A DNA stretch of 48,975 nucleotides, taken from positions 64,233 to 113,207 of the forward strand of contig JAAOMT010000036.1 of NCBI GenBank assembly GCA_016748015.1, in the 5' to 3' direction. Position 1 is the stretch's first letter. Each line of letters starts with the position of its first letter. Source of the stretch: Geosiphon pyriformis uo1 (Eukaryota; Fungi; Glomeromycota). Under the pieces are notes generated by a model. That model made no database searches, was not told where the DNA came from, and saw only the letters and a program-made list of their open reading frames with translations. Below are positions 25,053-39,705 of the stretch, in pieces. The position numbers were made by a program, and so were the translations under genes.

Positions 25053-25660
25053 ATGTAAGAAATTAAAAAAGTTTAAATATAATTATGTACTTTACATTAT
25101 AATATTTTTAATGGTTATTTTATTATTTCTTTTATATTAGACGACTCTTAATAGATCTAATCGTAATCGGGTATCTTTATTTGTATTTTAAAATTTCAAT
25201 TCTATTAGTTACGATATTTATTACATTCATTTCATTGTTTTCATTCTTTTATCAATTTATTATAAAATATTCCCTTTGAGTTTTATGTTTAATTGTTTAG
25301 TTGTTAACTTAATTCAGCTTATTAATCTCAATTATCTAAACAACCGAATGAATTCTATGTAGCCTAACACGCGATCTCTAATTTATCGAACCAATGAGTA
25401 GAATGGTCATATCTCCATATAAAATAAATTTAAACAAATAAAAATATACTTCTTTAAAGAGTTTATTACTATTCTGCAAAGATGTGTTAATAAATTTTAT
25501 TTGGTGCTTTGAATTAGTTTTGTTTCTTAAAATTCCATTTTACAATGATATTTCATACTATCTAAATAAATTAATCTATCAATTTATGTTGCTTTATTAA
25601 TGCATTAAATCCTATTCTAGCGATTTCATTGATATTTTTTATATAATAAACGGTTTTAAT

Positions 25661-25664
25661 ATAA

Positions 25665-25746
<82 letters not shown>

Positions 25747-25747
25747 T
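25661..25747. repeat. (AAT)n microsatellite; shorter paralogous tract at 37375-37437
   Basis: Directly visible. Confidence 0.95.
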
Positions 25748-28700
25748 TTATTATTAAATGGAATATAAAGTGAATTCATAATAATTCAATTATTTCCTAT
25801 GATTTATTGTCTATTTTAAAACTTTAATATCATTTATTGATGGTTATTATGTCTAATTAAATAAAAATTTTGATTATTTGTTTGCTTTTTTTAGTATTTA
25901 TATCAAGATATTTAAATAAATATTTTCTCAATTAAAAAACATTTTTATATAAATTCTTTTACTTTCTAGTTATATAATTGTCATTGATAAAAGCTATAAA
26001 AAAAATAATACAATGTTTTTCATCTGCTAATACACTGTTTATTTGCTTAATTAATTTAAAAATTAATTTATCACTTATTGTTTTCAAATTTTCAACTTTT
26101 TTTAACAGAAAATGTTTACTTAAAATTGAGAGATAGTTAAAGTTTTTAAATGACAGTGACCATAAACTCAACAAATTTTTTAATGAATTGATATAGTATT
26201 AATACCTAAGCATATTTAAGTTTTCACCAAATTTTTAGTTTGTTAAAGGATTAATGTTCAATTTTTAATTAATCAAGTCACAAATGCAAATAACAAAATA
26301 AAAAATATTAGTGTTTTTGTTTTACAAAAATAATAAATGCAAAAAAAATTCTAAAAAATCATTTTTTTTAGGTTTAAAATTAATAAAAACATCAAAATAA
26401 TATTTCTTAATTAAAATTAATTAAAAAATTTTGGAAAATAATAAAATATATAAAAAAATTATTGCAAATTTTAAAAAATTAAAAAATTAATAATAGAAAA
26501 TATTATTTCTTAAAATATTATTTTTTAATTATTTTAACAAAGTGTAATTTTATTGTATTTTTTGCATATATAAACCCTAAAAATTTTACAATAAATACAG
26601 TTCATGCTTTTTAGCATATAACTAATTATTTAAAATAAATAAATAAATAAATATTCATTTAATAAATTAAACAAACTTGTTGTTTTCAATTTCTCAAAAT
26701 ATTTATTAAATGTCTTATTATTTTAAACATACTTATATATTTACTAATTTGTTATATTTTAATAAAACTTTATTTTATTATTCTGTATTTTTTATATTTT
26801 ATTAAAATAATTACAAAAGACTTATTATTTAAATTATACACATTTAAAAAATAAGTTTTTTGTTTATCTTTAAGCTAACTAAATTTTTTGAGTATATTAA
26901 TGATAAAATTTGAAATGTTTTTAATTAGAATCTTTAAAGATACAAACCAAGTCCTAATATTTATTATAAAATTTATTTTTGCAGTTAAAAGAAAAATAAC
27001 TAAATTTATTAAAGACTTAATTTTTACTACAATAAATTTTATTAAATTAAACAAATTATACAACTTTAATATTTAAACTTCTAATTTAAAATTATATATT
27101 TACTAATAATATTATTAAAAAAACCAAAACTATATAACAATAAAGAAATAATAATCTTAATATAAAATACCTAACCAATAAACTAATTTATTAAAATTTT
27201 AAATATAATAAAGGACTTAAAAAAAGCTATTAAGAACCAAAAAAACAGTTTAATAATTAAAATTAAAAAATTAAAAGATAAAACAAATTTAATTACTAAT
27301 TTAAAAAATCAAATATTATAAAAAACAATAGTTTTTTTAATTAATAAAAAGAAAATTTTAATACTGTTATTTTTTTATTAATATTAAACAAGTAATAAAA
27401 GCTTTAAAAAACTTAAAATACATAATAATATATTGTTACAAACCAAGAAACTTGAATTTGAATCCGAATTCAAAAACTTAACAAAATACCAAAAACATTT
27501 TAAAAAAATACTTTAAAAAACATTATAAAAAATTACAACAATAAAACCAAACCCAAAAACAGAAATTACAGAAAAATTTACAATTTTAAAAGTGATTAAA
27601 AAAATCAACAAGCTTAATTTTAATAATGCTATTTAAAAAATTTTAGATTGTAAATTTTACACAAAAAAGCTTAATATTATTCTTAAAAACAATTTATATT
27701 TATAAAACTTAAGATAAACTAAAATTAGCAGTATTTTCAAAAACAAAAAGTGTTTTAATTTTTGGTTAAATAATATAATTGGTTAAAGTTGTATGTAAAA
27801 ATATAATTTGTTTAGTTTTTACAACCAAAATAAGATTAAATATTTTAATTGATGCTAATATTACCAAACTGGTAAAAAAACAGACTTTATGTTTAAAAAA
27901 ATGTTTTAAAAAACATCAGAAAAAATATTATTTTGGCTTGTTTAGCTTTTTTAATAGCAAAAAAAAGATAATAACAAAAAATAACAGCTTAATTATTGGC
28001 TTATAATAAAAAATTCTGGAGTTTTTTGCAATAATAGTATTATAATTAAAAATCAAAGTTTTTATTAGTTAATATATATATTAATTAGATAATATAATAT
28101 AATTAGTTATCTATAATCGTTAACTTAATGATTTATTTAGTTATTAATCTAATTATTAGTTTAATTGTTGATTTGGTCATTAATTTTTTTAACTGAAAAA
28201 AGCATTAAATAATTCAAGTTTATTTTTTTTCTTTTTTAATATTGTTTATTTTTTTTCAATTTTTATCTTTAAGTATTAATATTTTCTAACTATAGATTAG
28301 TTGTTAATATTTACATATTTTTTATTTTTTGATTTGTATTGTTAAAATTAGTTTAAAAAGCTATTTATCTGCTTTTGTAATTTATTAAATAAAGAAATAA
28401 TTGAAAACACAATAATATTTATTAAAATTTTAAAAATTATTAAGTAAAGCATAAAATAATAGTAGTAATATTATTTTATTAACAATTATAAATTATTTTT
28501 ATCTTTAAATTTTTTTAAAAAGAATTGCAATTATTATTTTAAAACTAATTATAAATATTAAATACATATAAATTTAATTTGTTTTTTGATTAAATTTATC
28601 TTTATTATTATCTATTATTTTTAATAGTTATTTTTTTTGTTATCTATTAGTTTGTTATTTTAATCTATAATAATAACAATTATATTAAATCTTTTTCTGG

Positions 28701-31277
28701 TATATTTTTTTGAAAAACTTTAAAAGAAAAAATACTTTTAATTAAAAACAAAAAAGATATTTTTTTAATAGCCAAAAACTATTTTGTTTCTGTTTTATTT
28801 TAAAAAATGTTTTAGCAAAGCACTATTTAACTGTTTTTACTTTATTATTTAAAAGAAGTTTAATATATTTTCTCTGAATTTTAATAATATCTTTAAATTA
28901 ACTGAATATTAATTTATCAAAACTTTTAATTTGGGTTTTTAAAAAAACCAACCTTTTATTTTTGCATTATATTTGTTTTTCAAATACCACCAAAATTAAT
29001 TTTTTCAGAAATTTTTCAAGTTAGATAATATTCTGATGTAATTAAATACAATTATATATTAAAACACAAATTATTTGCGACTATAATTGTTCAAATTTAA
29101 TTGGATTTAACAACACAGCCAGTTTTTAATCTTAATTTATTTAATTAAATATATTGTTGTTGTTGTTTATGTTTAAATTAAAAAAAGCACTGTTTTTACA
29201 ATTAAATTAAGACTAATTGTTAATGTTAATAGCAATAAAACAGAATTAATAAAAAACCAATGTTTCAATTTTATAAAAAAAGAAACAGGCGTTAAAACAA
29301 TATTAACATTTAAAGTTTTTTAAAAACACAAAAGCAATTAATCAAAAAATACTAAAAAAAAAGCTTTTTTCTGGAATTTTAAAATAGTTTGCTGTTGTAG
29401 TATTAAAGCTGTTTTTGGCTGTTTTGGCCTTTTTAATTATTTGAAAAGCAGTAATTAAAATAATTTGAAAGAATAATATTTTTATTACTGATTTAATATT
29501 AAAGATTTTAAGGTTTTTTGGGATAGTAGTAACTAGTCTGAAACTATTTTTAACATATTTATTTCAACGGTACTTTGACTGATAGGAAAATTTTTACAAT
29601 TAAAAAAGCTTTTTGGCTTGTTACTTTTTACTTTAGTAATGTTTATGAAAATTTAGAAAAAGAAGGAGCTCTTTTATTTATTTTATTTACATAATTAATA
29701 AAAAATCAATAATCAGAACAGTAATTTACAATTTAGTTAATAATCAAAATTTAAATATAAATAAATTAACATTAATTTTTAAATTTAAAAAGAAATTGTA
29801 AATAAGACTAAATTAAATAAAAAACTTTATCAATTATAGTCAAATCATATTAAACAAGAAAAAGTAATTAATAAAATAAAAACAGCATATATAATTGTGT
29901 TTTATAATTAAAATGTGATAATTATTAAGAAATTACATTTAACACAAACATAAAATTTGGTTTGAATGATTTATTATTATTTTGTACAAAATTATTGTTT
30001 AGTTTTTAAATAGTGGACAATATTTTATACAGGATAATAATATTTGCGGAACTAAAATAGAGACAATTGATTACAATTATTTTAATAAACCACAACTATT
30101 TCATAAAGATACAATTAAAATTAATAATAAAGATTAAATAATAATATTTTTTCTTTAACCAATCATAGTTAAAGCAAAATTTAATAACAAATAATAAAAT
30201 TGTACAAAAAACAAATTGTGTATAATTTATTTAATTCTTATAAAAAATGAACAATAATTATTATATATTCTTAAATTAAATACTGTAGTAAACATTTATA
30301 CAAATTTTTATATTTAGCAGTAGATTGAATAAGAGATTTTAAGCTATGTAGGCATATTTCAATAAAATATATTTTGGTTGGTTGGTTGGTTGGTTGTAGA
30401 AATGCGAATTTTACTTGCTGGCTGACAAGCGATATGATCAATTAGATGAATTATCTGTTGAAATTTTTTATCTATTAATCTAAATATTTTTTTTTGATAT
30501 AAGAACAAAAATGGCTATGTTTGAAGTTCTCCATTTTAAAAATTTTAATTTCAATCTATATTGGTATTTAATGAAGTCTGAGGAGGAATTATAGGACCCC
30601 AAAACTTTTGTAACTTAGATAGACACATTTTATGAAATCCTCCTAATTTAAATCATTCAAATATGGTGAGATATAATCTGTCTTTGGTCAAGATTTGCAG
30701 CGGAATTGCACGCCCTATTCACTTTGAGAAATGAAATAATCCTTTTCTGACGAAAAATATAAGTTTCCAATGACATCTAATTTACTTTGATATTCATTTT
30801 ATACTCGGGAAAATAACTTCACTGGTTTGATGATATCACATTCCGAAAATAAAGCTACAAGTCTTCGAAATGGTGATACTGATGTTTCTCATGAGAAATT
30901 TTACTTTGCATTGTATTAGGCCTTATATAAAGCTGAATTTTATTCAGAAATGCCGTTCTTTCATATAATAATATTTTCGTATTTTCTCATCACTTTTGTA
31001 TGGATAGTATCTTGGATGTAGAAAAGAGCAAACAACTGGGCAAGTGATGAATGAATTTTTTGAAGATTTTCAAGTTTATACATCAATTTACTCGTTAATG
31101 AACTTCCGAAACGCTACATGCTGTAAAACTAAAAAAAATTCAACATGAAAAAATTTGGTTAATTACAGCTAAAAACTGAAGAAGCGTCTCAGATCCCAAG
31201 TTGATGTGGTATTGTTGAGTAGAAAGAACGAATGAGGATTTCATACACCTGCACCTAAAGGTTCAGTGACGGGGGAA

Positions 31278-32319
31278 CTACAAATAGACTGAGATAGCAC
31301 CATAACGATGTTTTTGACATGCTATCCATCGTCGTATAGCATTTAGTAAAGTAGGACGCGCAGGGGACCTAAATCGACCCAGATATTGGGCAATTTGTTT
31401 CTCGACCTGTATACCAATTTCTTCAGTAGCCAATTGGTATAATTCGGCACACACATCCTGATTAGTGAATTCACCGATTTCACCACGTCTCGTGAAATAC
31501 ATGATGAATTCATCATTTAATGCCTCACGTTCCTCCACCGTCCACTCTTGTTTATCCTCTATATGATCTAGATCAACATCGTTATTATCGTCGAAAGAGC
31601 TGGAGCCAGGAGATACATAACCATTGGTTTCAGGATTATTATGATTGGAATATTCGCTCGAAGTGGGTTCCCAACCGCTGACAAACCTACGAGGATTTGA
31701 AAGCCCAGCTTTTGAAGGCTCGTAATTGTATGGATCATTGTTAGTAGACGATGCAGCACGATAAGTTTTATTGAATTTGAGACTGTGATTACGGTAATCG
31801 GCATCCCCAGAAGCCAAAGAACCTATCTCCACAAGGTCTGCCTCATTTTCTGATAAACCACTATCCTTTGGTAATTTTGATGCTTCGTCACTATCGACAC
31901 TTGAAATAGCTTCACGAAATTTTCGAAAGCCATCGGCAATTTGGCCAGCGGCGTCAGCAACCTAGGTAAATCATGATGTAGAATTTTATGAATTTTAAAA
32001 AATATATTTTTAATTAAGAGAGGAAGGCTTTCTTTTCAATGAAGATTCAAAAGTCGATATTTCCGTTTTCCGGATTTTGATTGCCTCTCCCAGTAATTAG
32101 ACAACTCACAGCCTGAAATTTCTTTTGTGAATCTAGAATATCCCGCAGTCGCTCATCAGTTTCTTCATCCGCAGAATCATTTGGGGTAGTATTTACCGCC
32201 ATACGACTGTTTTGAATCATTTTTGCTAATTGAAAACCGGAACTTTTTCCGTGCGATTTCCGACCATAATTTCCCAATGGCTTTGGATTTCCTTTGACCC
32301 GTGAACGTTGACTCGGCAT
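31278..32319 (-). CDS. Uncharacterised two-exon protein (about 297 aa), paralog of 2067-3376
   Basis: Exon 1 32319-32110, intron 32109-31962 (GTGAGT...TAG, phase 0), exon 2 31961-31278. Reads LDSQKKFQA|VADAAGQIADGFRKFREAI and WTVEEREALNDEF...LATEEIGIQVEKQIAQYLGRFRSPARPTL. Confidence 0.88.
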
Positions 32320-34759
32320 TTTCTGTCAGGGAAAATAATCAAGTTGCTCTGTATAATAAATGAAGGTTTTGCACAATCAAATTTGCCGATTATTATTATT
32401 TTGTAAGATGATTTGTTAAAATTTATAAGCTCACCACCAACCAATCATTGGTTGCTTGCTTATTATATCGGCAGCAGTAGTACAAACTGTTTTATTAAGA
32501 TTAGTAAAAAATGGGATCGGCTTTATTTGGCGGATTTCATCCGGGGGTAGAATTGAAACCAGTACAAATATGTAAAGACTTGATCCAAACCCTACAAGGA
32601 ACCCAAGGGTTCGGATTCCATGGGTGGATCCTAAATTTCAAAAAAAGAAAAGTTTCAGAATGTGCATCATATATTTGGAAGGAGGAAAACTCGATGACCT
32701 ATTTTCTTAAAAAACATGGCTTTCAGTAATCATTAAATCTTTGGCTAACTAATCAGAGATTTTCATACTCAAAGAAACAATTGATTCCCACAGCTTAAAT
32801 CAAAAATGCCATGTACAAGTTTCATATGAAGTACAATGAAAGTTTCTTTTTTGTCATCTTTGTTGCCTAAGAATGAAATTGTTTTTAGTTCCAGTACAAA
32901 AACAGAATATTTAGTGAGTCCTTGTATCAATTTATTATTTTAGATAAATTCAATGAAAATAGCAAGAAGTAAAAATGTCAAAATTAGGAGATTGAATATA
33001 ATTGAATTACTAATCCAAACCACGGGAATCATAGTAGACGGGCTTTAAGTATATTGTAACATAAGTCTTCCATAATTGGATGTGAGGTAAAATTAGCCGC
33101 GTCGCTTTTTCAAACAGAATTTTCATTTTCTGAGAAATTACTCCAAGAAGTTTACCCTCAGAAAAGGTACTTTCATGTGAATGTTCATGATATTGCTTGG
33201 TTTGAGCAGAAATTTTACATTAGTCCTGGATATCTCATTTCTGAGTTTTTATAAATTTTCTCACAGGGCGAAGGATTAAGATTAAATAGAATTAGAGGAC
33301 TTTCTGTTGCTTTCATGTTCAAATTGAGGCAATAATAAATAAAGATTAAAATTATGAATGGCGTGATTTTGGTCTCTTTTGCGTGGGATAAATGAGAATT
33401 GTAAGGTTCACTAGGAGATCATTTAAGAAGTTTTAGAATTAGATTTCTTTACTACTTGAAAGTTGAAAGAATCGTGTTAACTTCTATCTTCAAACTAATG
33501 AGATCTAAATAGAAATTATTTTCGCATGAGCTTTTTTATTATTATCCAAAATTTAAGAGAAATAAAATCATTTCCCAGTAAAATTTCGTCCAACTTAGAA
33601 AGCCTGACGGTCATGTACCAAAATAAGAATTGTCAAATTTTGAGCTAGTCAATTATAAATTATTGGTTGAAAAAGACAAATCCAATGTTGCAACTAATTT
33701 TTTTTTGGGATGATGGATAATTTATTATATTTTTACTATCACAAGTTTGATTGTGCCACAAAATGTGGCTGCTATAAATTCAGGTTTTCAAGGAATTTAA
33801 GTAGATCTTTACTCAATAAAGCAAATTCAAAAATTTTTAGTAGTTTTAATTATTGAAAAATTTATAGTTAGTATAATATTTTTATTTACATTTTAAAATT
33901 CCTAATCAAAATTTTTAATCGAAAATTAATCAACTTTGGCAATAAAATTTAGTATATTTATTAAATCAAATAAAGCTTAATCAAGAATATATTTATAGTT
34001 AATAATTGAAAGCGGAGCTTTCTGTAGGCAGAGGGATATGTTGTAATGTTACGATAGATAAATGAAATGGATGGTTGCGGGAATAAATTAATATTTACGC
34101 CTCAGACTTTTTTAGAATTTGGAAACAAGATAAATTTTGATAACTGTCTTGCCACCACTATTTTCTGTCGGGATTGTAATTAATTTGAATTTTTGAGAAA
34201 ACAATTAAGTTGTTAGAAAGTTTAGACTGAATAAAAACAAATTTCAAATTCAGTAAATTACTTGTATAATTTAATTGGCAAAAACAAAAAAAAATCTGAA
34301 TATTATATATTATTTAGTACATAAAATATTTACCAGTTTTTAATAAATGTTCGATAAAATTTAAAGAAACTGGTTTTATTATAATTTAATTAAAAGATAC
34401 TTAAAATTTATAGAGTAAACATAGAATAAGTATATCACAATTTGAATGTTGTCAGATATTATTTATATTTTGATAGTTTTCGATCAGTGATGAATATTAA
34501 AAATGGGCAGTTTTGACATTTTAGCAGTTGTAGTCATCATGATTTATTGATTCATGTTAGCCTAACCAATTTTGATATTCTCCAATTCATTTGATGAGAA
34601 CTGAGACCTAATAATAAAGAATTAATAAAATAATAAAAATTTCTATTAATAAAAACTATAACTTTAAAAAAATCTTATTTTAAAAGACAAGCCTTTTTAA
34701 GATTTAGAAAATTCGAAGTAAAAATATCCAAAATAAAATATTTTTTCACCTATTTACCT

Positions 34760-37373
34760 AAATGATAGGTTATTTGATAAATGTAAATGCTTCCTGTTCA
34801 CAGATCTGTAAAATTTAAACACAATAATTAGTAAAAGATATGCAAGCAACTAGGGTCTTATGAATAAATCATACAACTCATTTGGGTAACAAGACAATAA
34901 GACAATGAGGAAACTTGTTTGGCGTATTTCTTTGTTTACCGTAGCTACTTAAACCTATTTAGTATAATAAATTGATTTAACTATGTGAACACAGAGAAAC
35001 AATATAAATAAGAGCTCCGCGTTTAAACAAATTACTTTTTAAACTTACTATCAAATAAACATTTTCAAAAAAACCCTCGTCGAATAATTATCTATTTACA
35101 TTTTATCCGTTCTTATTCACACCATGGAAAACAAAGAAATTAAAAGAATAACTCGTCAAGAATTACATGATTGCAATGTGTGTAAAAAGTGTCAAGAGAG
35201 CTTTCGAGATGGATGGAATAATAGGAGAGCATGCCAGCTCATATTTTTTGAAAAATTTTATAAGAACTTTTCAAGCGGCAATAAAGAAATGGATGAAATG
35301 ATTAAGAATCCAATCTATATTCCATGTGCTAATGAAGATGCATATGATTGGTTGAAATATTATGAATTGATTCCATGGGAGCGTTTGTCGAATATCAAGG
35401 AAATTGCTAGAGGAGGGTTCAGTATAATTTATAAAGCAACTCTAATTGATGGATTAATTGATCAGAAAAGTATAAAACATTATGGTTCAATGGAATATAA
35501 AAGAAGAGGAACACGGGAAGTAGCAATAAAAATTATAAAAACGAACAGTTCAGAAGTGCTTAAAGAGGTAAACAAACTATTATTATTGTTTATATTTAAA
35601 TAATTTTTAATTAATTCATATTTACCTATTATTTATTTACTGTATATTATCGTTTATTTACTATTTTACACTGTGTCGTTGATAGTTAAATATTCGAAGA
35701 GCTATATCTATTAGCCATGATTATAAATACGTTAATTACATCACTTATATAATTGGAATTACGCAAAACGCTGAAACACTCGAGTATGGAATTGTGATGC
35801 CCTTTGCTAAATTTGGAGATATGCGAAAATATTTATCAACAAATTTCCATTCTACAAGTTGGATTTATAAATTATGGATCGCAGGTAATATAGCTGAAGG
35901 ACTTTCACAAATTCATACTTGTGGTATGGTTCATCGTGACCTACACTCGGGCAACATCCTACAATTAAATTCTATGGAGGTAAGTATTGGAGACCTCGGG
36001 TTATGTCAACCAGTAAACAATGAAGCAACAACAACAGGAAAAGCAACAGAGGAAAAAAAGATATATGGAGTGATTCCATACATTCCACCAGAAGTTTTAA
36101 GAGGAGAAAAGTTTACTTTGGCTGGTGATATTTATAGTTATGGAATGTTATTATGGGAATTATCAACAGGAAAGCCTCCCTTTTATGAATATAAACATGA
36201 TCATATTCTTATAATGGCTATTTTAAATGGTCAAAGACCTAAGATTACCTTCCCACTTATTCCACCTTGTATTGTCGAAATAATTGTAAAGTGTTGGGAT
36301 GCTAATCCTAAGAATCGTCCTACTGTCGAAGAAGTTAGGTATAAGATATGGGAACTTAAAAGTGTGTGTTATGGGTTTATGGATTTCCAGTTTGAAGAAT
36401 CAGAGAAATACGTAAAAAAAATGGCGGAAAGTGATGACTCAACGACAACAAATCAATCAACGACGACAACAAATCAATCAACAACGAGAACGTCAACGCG
36501 CATTCATCCAGGAGCAGTTTATACAAGTCGTGTTTTAACTTTGCAAATGATTCAAGAAATAAAAGGTTAGTTTATTTAATTTAGAAATAATTAATTTATT
36601 TGATTTAATTATTATACAGTATATTAAAAAAATACATTTAATTTAAATTACTATTTTAAAAGAATTAGTGTTTCTCCCTAAAGGTAAGAAATTGAAAAAA
36701 AGTTTAAATATAATTATGTAATTTACATTATAATATTTATAATGGTTATTTTACTATTTATTTTATATTAGACGACTCTTAATATATCTGATCGTGATCG
36801 GGTATCTTTATTTTCCATTTTTTTACTTGGTTAATCTTTTCATAAGTGATATATTTTAAATAGCTTTTATTGTATTTTAAAATTTCAATTCTAGTAGTTA
36901 CAATATTTATTACATTCATTTCATTATGTTTTCATTCTTTTATCAATTTATTATAAAATATTCCCTTTGAGTTTTATGTTTCGTTGTTTAGTTGTTAACT
37001 TAATTCAACTTATAAATCTAAATTATATAAGATATTGCCTAACAGTAGGTCATAACAACAGAATGAACTCTATGTAGCCTAACACGCGATCTCTAATTTA
37101 TCGAACTAATGAGTAGAATGGTCATATCTCCATATAAAATAAATTTAAAAAAATATAAATATACTTCTTTAAAGAGTTTATTACTATTCTGCAAAGATGT
37201 GTTAATAAATTTTATTTGGTACTTTGAATTGAGTTTGTTTCTTAAAATTTCGTTTTACAATCATATTTCATGCTATCTAAATCAATTAATCTATCAATTT
37301 ATGTTGCTTTATTAATGCATTAAATCCTATTCTAGCGATTTCATTGATATTTTTTATATAATAAATAGTTTTA

Positions 37374-37416
<43 letters not shown>

Positions 37417-37985
37417 TATAATAATAATAATAATAATTTTATTATTAAATGGAATATAAAGTGAATTCTTAATAATTCAATTATTTCCTATGATTTATTG
37501 TCTATTTTAAAGCTTTAATATCATTTATTGATGGTTATTATGTCTAATTAAATAAAAATTTTGATTATTTGTTTGCTTTTTTTTAGTATTTATATCAAGA
37601 TATTTGAATAAATATTTTCTCAATTAAAAAACTTTTTTATTTAAATTCTTTTACTTTCTTGTAATATAATTATCATTGATAAAAGATATAAAAAAAATAA
37701 TACAATGTTTTTTCATCTGCTAATATACTGTTTATTTGCTTAATTAATTCAAAAATTAAATTATCACTTATTGTTTTCAAATTTTCAACTTTATTTAACA
37801 GAAAATGTTTACTTAAAATTGAGAGATAGTTAAAATTTTTAAATGACAGTGACCATAAGCTCAACAAATTTTTTAATGAATTGATATAGTATTAATGCCT
37901 AAGCATCTTTAAGTTTTCACCAAATTTTTAGTTTGATAAAGGATTAATGTTCAATCAAATCACATGCAAATAAAAATATTCATTT
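34760..37985 (+). repeat. Second copy of the kinase segmental duplication (partner 23190-26310)
   Basis: Direct similarity by eye across coding and non-coding sequence. Confidence 0.9.
35124..36782 (+). CDS. TKL-type protein kinase, copy B (about 451 aa, intact)
   Basis: Exons 35124-35567, 35686-36565, 36663-36683, 36772-36782 join in frame (...IQEIK|ELVFLPK|DDS*). All catalytic motifs present; Gly-loop GGFS; third Cys of the N-terminal module is lost. Confidence 0.9.
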
Positions 37986-38084
37986 TGTTTTTGAATAATA
38001 GTTTCAAATTGAGGGGATTGATGATAGCACATTCACTGTTAATTTTTTAAATAAAAGTTTAAACTAATTACGAACTGAATAAAA

Positions 38085-39705
38085 TTAAACTTTTTTGCGA
38101 TGAAGATCTCTGATCGCGATCAGGTCTATGGAAGGTAGATAAATTTTGTTTTAAAAATGATAATTGAAAATTAAAAATAAAAGTTTAACATTAAATTATT
38201 CAATCAAAATGTTTATAACTTATACATATAATAGACTTACCTTTAGAAAAATCAATCATTTGCAAAGTCAAAACACGACTTGTATAAACTGCTCCTGAAT
38301 GAATGCGAGTTGTTGTTGTTGTCATTGTCGTATTTGATTGATCTGTTGTCGTTGAGTCGTCACTTTCTGCCATTTCTTTTAAGTATTTCTCTGATTCTAG
38401 AAACTGAGGACCTAACTCCTCATCTGTAGAATTCTTATCTCTAAACCGTTCATACATTCCCAAAAGGGTGAGCAACTTACTCCAAACTTCTCTGGCAGTA
38501 GGACGATTTTCAGGATTAACATCCCAACACGTTATAATTATTTCAGCGATACAAGGTGGAATAAGTGGGAAGGTAATCTTAGGTCTAGCCCCATCTAAAA
38601 TAGCCATTATAAGAATATGATCATGTTTAAAATCATAAAAAGGAGGCTTTCCTGTTGCTAATTCCCATAATAACATGGCAAAACTATAAATATCACCAGC
38701 TTTTGTAAACTTTTCTCCTCTTAAAACTTCTGGTGGAATGTATGGAATCACTCCATATATATATTTTTCCTCTGTTGTTGTTGTTGCTTCATTTTTTACT
38801 GGTTGACATAATCCGAGGTCTCCAATATTTATACGTTCATTACTAAATTTTAGGATGTTGCCCGAGTGTAGGTCACGATGAACCATACCAAAAGAATGAA
38901 TTTGTTTAAGTCCTTCAGCTATATCACCTGCGATCAATAATTATCATCCCAACTCATAGAATGAAAATTTGTTGATAAATATTTTCGCATATCTCCAAGT
39001 TTAGCAAAGGACATCACAATTCCATATTCGAGTGTTTCAGCGTTTTGCGTAATTCCAATTATATTAGAGATGTAATAATTGTCTTTTTTATCACAGTTAA
39101 TAAAAATAGCTCTTTCAATGTTTAACTATCAACGACACAGTGTAAAATAGTTAATAAACGATAATATACAGTAAATAAATAATAGGTAAATATTAATTAA
39201 TTGAATATGAATTAATTAAAAATGAATTTTAGATAAATATTAATAATAATAATAGTTTGTTTACCTCTTTAAACACTTCTGAACTGTTCGTTTTTATAAT
39301 TTTTATTGCTACTTCCCGTGTTCCTCTTCTTTTATATTTCATTTCATCATTACACCTTATACTCCACGTATCAATCCGTCCATCAACCAATGTTGCTTTA
39401 TTAATTATACCGAACCCTCCTCTAGCAATTTCATTGATATTCGACAAATGCTCCCATAGAATCCATTCATAGTATTTCAATTCATCATTATTATATCGAT
39501 TATGTGGAATATATATTGGATTTTTAATAATTTCATCCACTTCTTTATTGCCGCTTGAAATGTTCTTATAAAGTTTTTCAAAAAATATTAACTGGCATGC
39601 ACTACACTTATTCCATCCATCTCGAATGCTCTCTTGACACTTTTTACACACATTGCAATCATGTGTTTCTGGAAGAGTTGTTCTTTTAATTTCTTTGTTT
39701 TCCAT
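38085..39705 (-). pseudogene. TKL-type protein kinase, copy C, with a 1-nt frameshift near 38941
   Basis: Exon 1 39705-39265, exon 2 39125-38241, probable last exon 38125-38085. TGG GAT GAT AA TTA TTG ATC is one base short of copy B (TGG ATT TAT AAA TTA TGG ATC), giving a stop before HRD. Confidence 0.85.

Larger units (their letters stand above)
23190..26310 (+). repeat. About 3.1 kb direct segmental duplication (kinase plus flanks); partner 34760-37985
   Basis: Upstream region, introns, about 1.3 kb of 3' flank and the (AAT)n tract are shared between the two copies. Confidence 0.9.

Noticed and set aside
25959-26174. Short ORF repeated at 37673-37867 (also 37109-37315)
   Set aside because: Lies in the duplicated 3' flank, frames differ between copies, AT-biased composition.
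30400-31200. Moderately GC-richer stretch downstream of the 31278 gene
   Set aside because: No sustained reading frame or recognisable motif on either strand.
34008-34022. Hairpin GAAAGC-GGA-GCTTTC
   Set aside because: A 6-bp stem can arise by chance; no associated element end identified.
38110-38123. Perfect 14-bp palindrome CTGATCGCGATCAG
   Set aside because: Falls in the probable last kinase exon and is not preserved as a palindrome in the paralogs.
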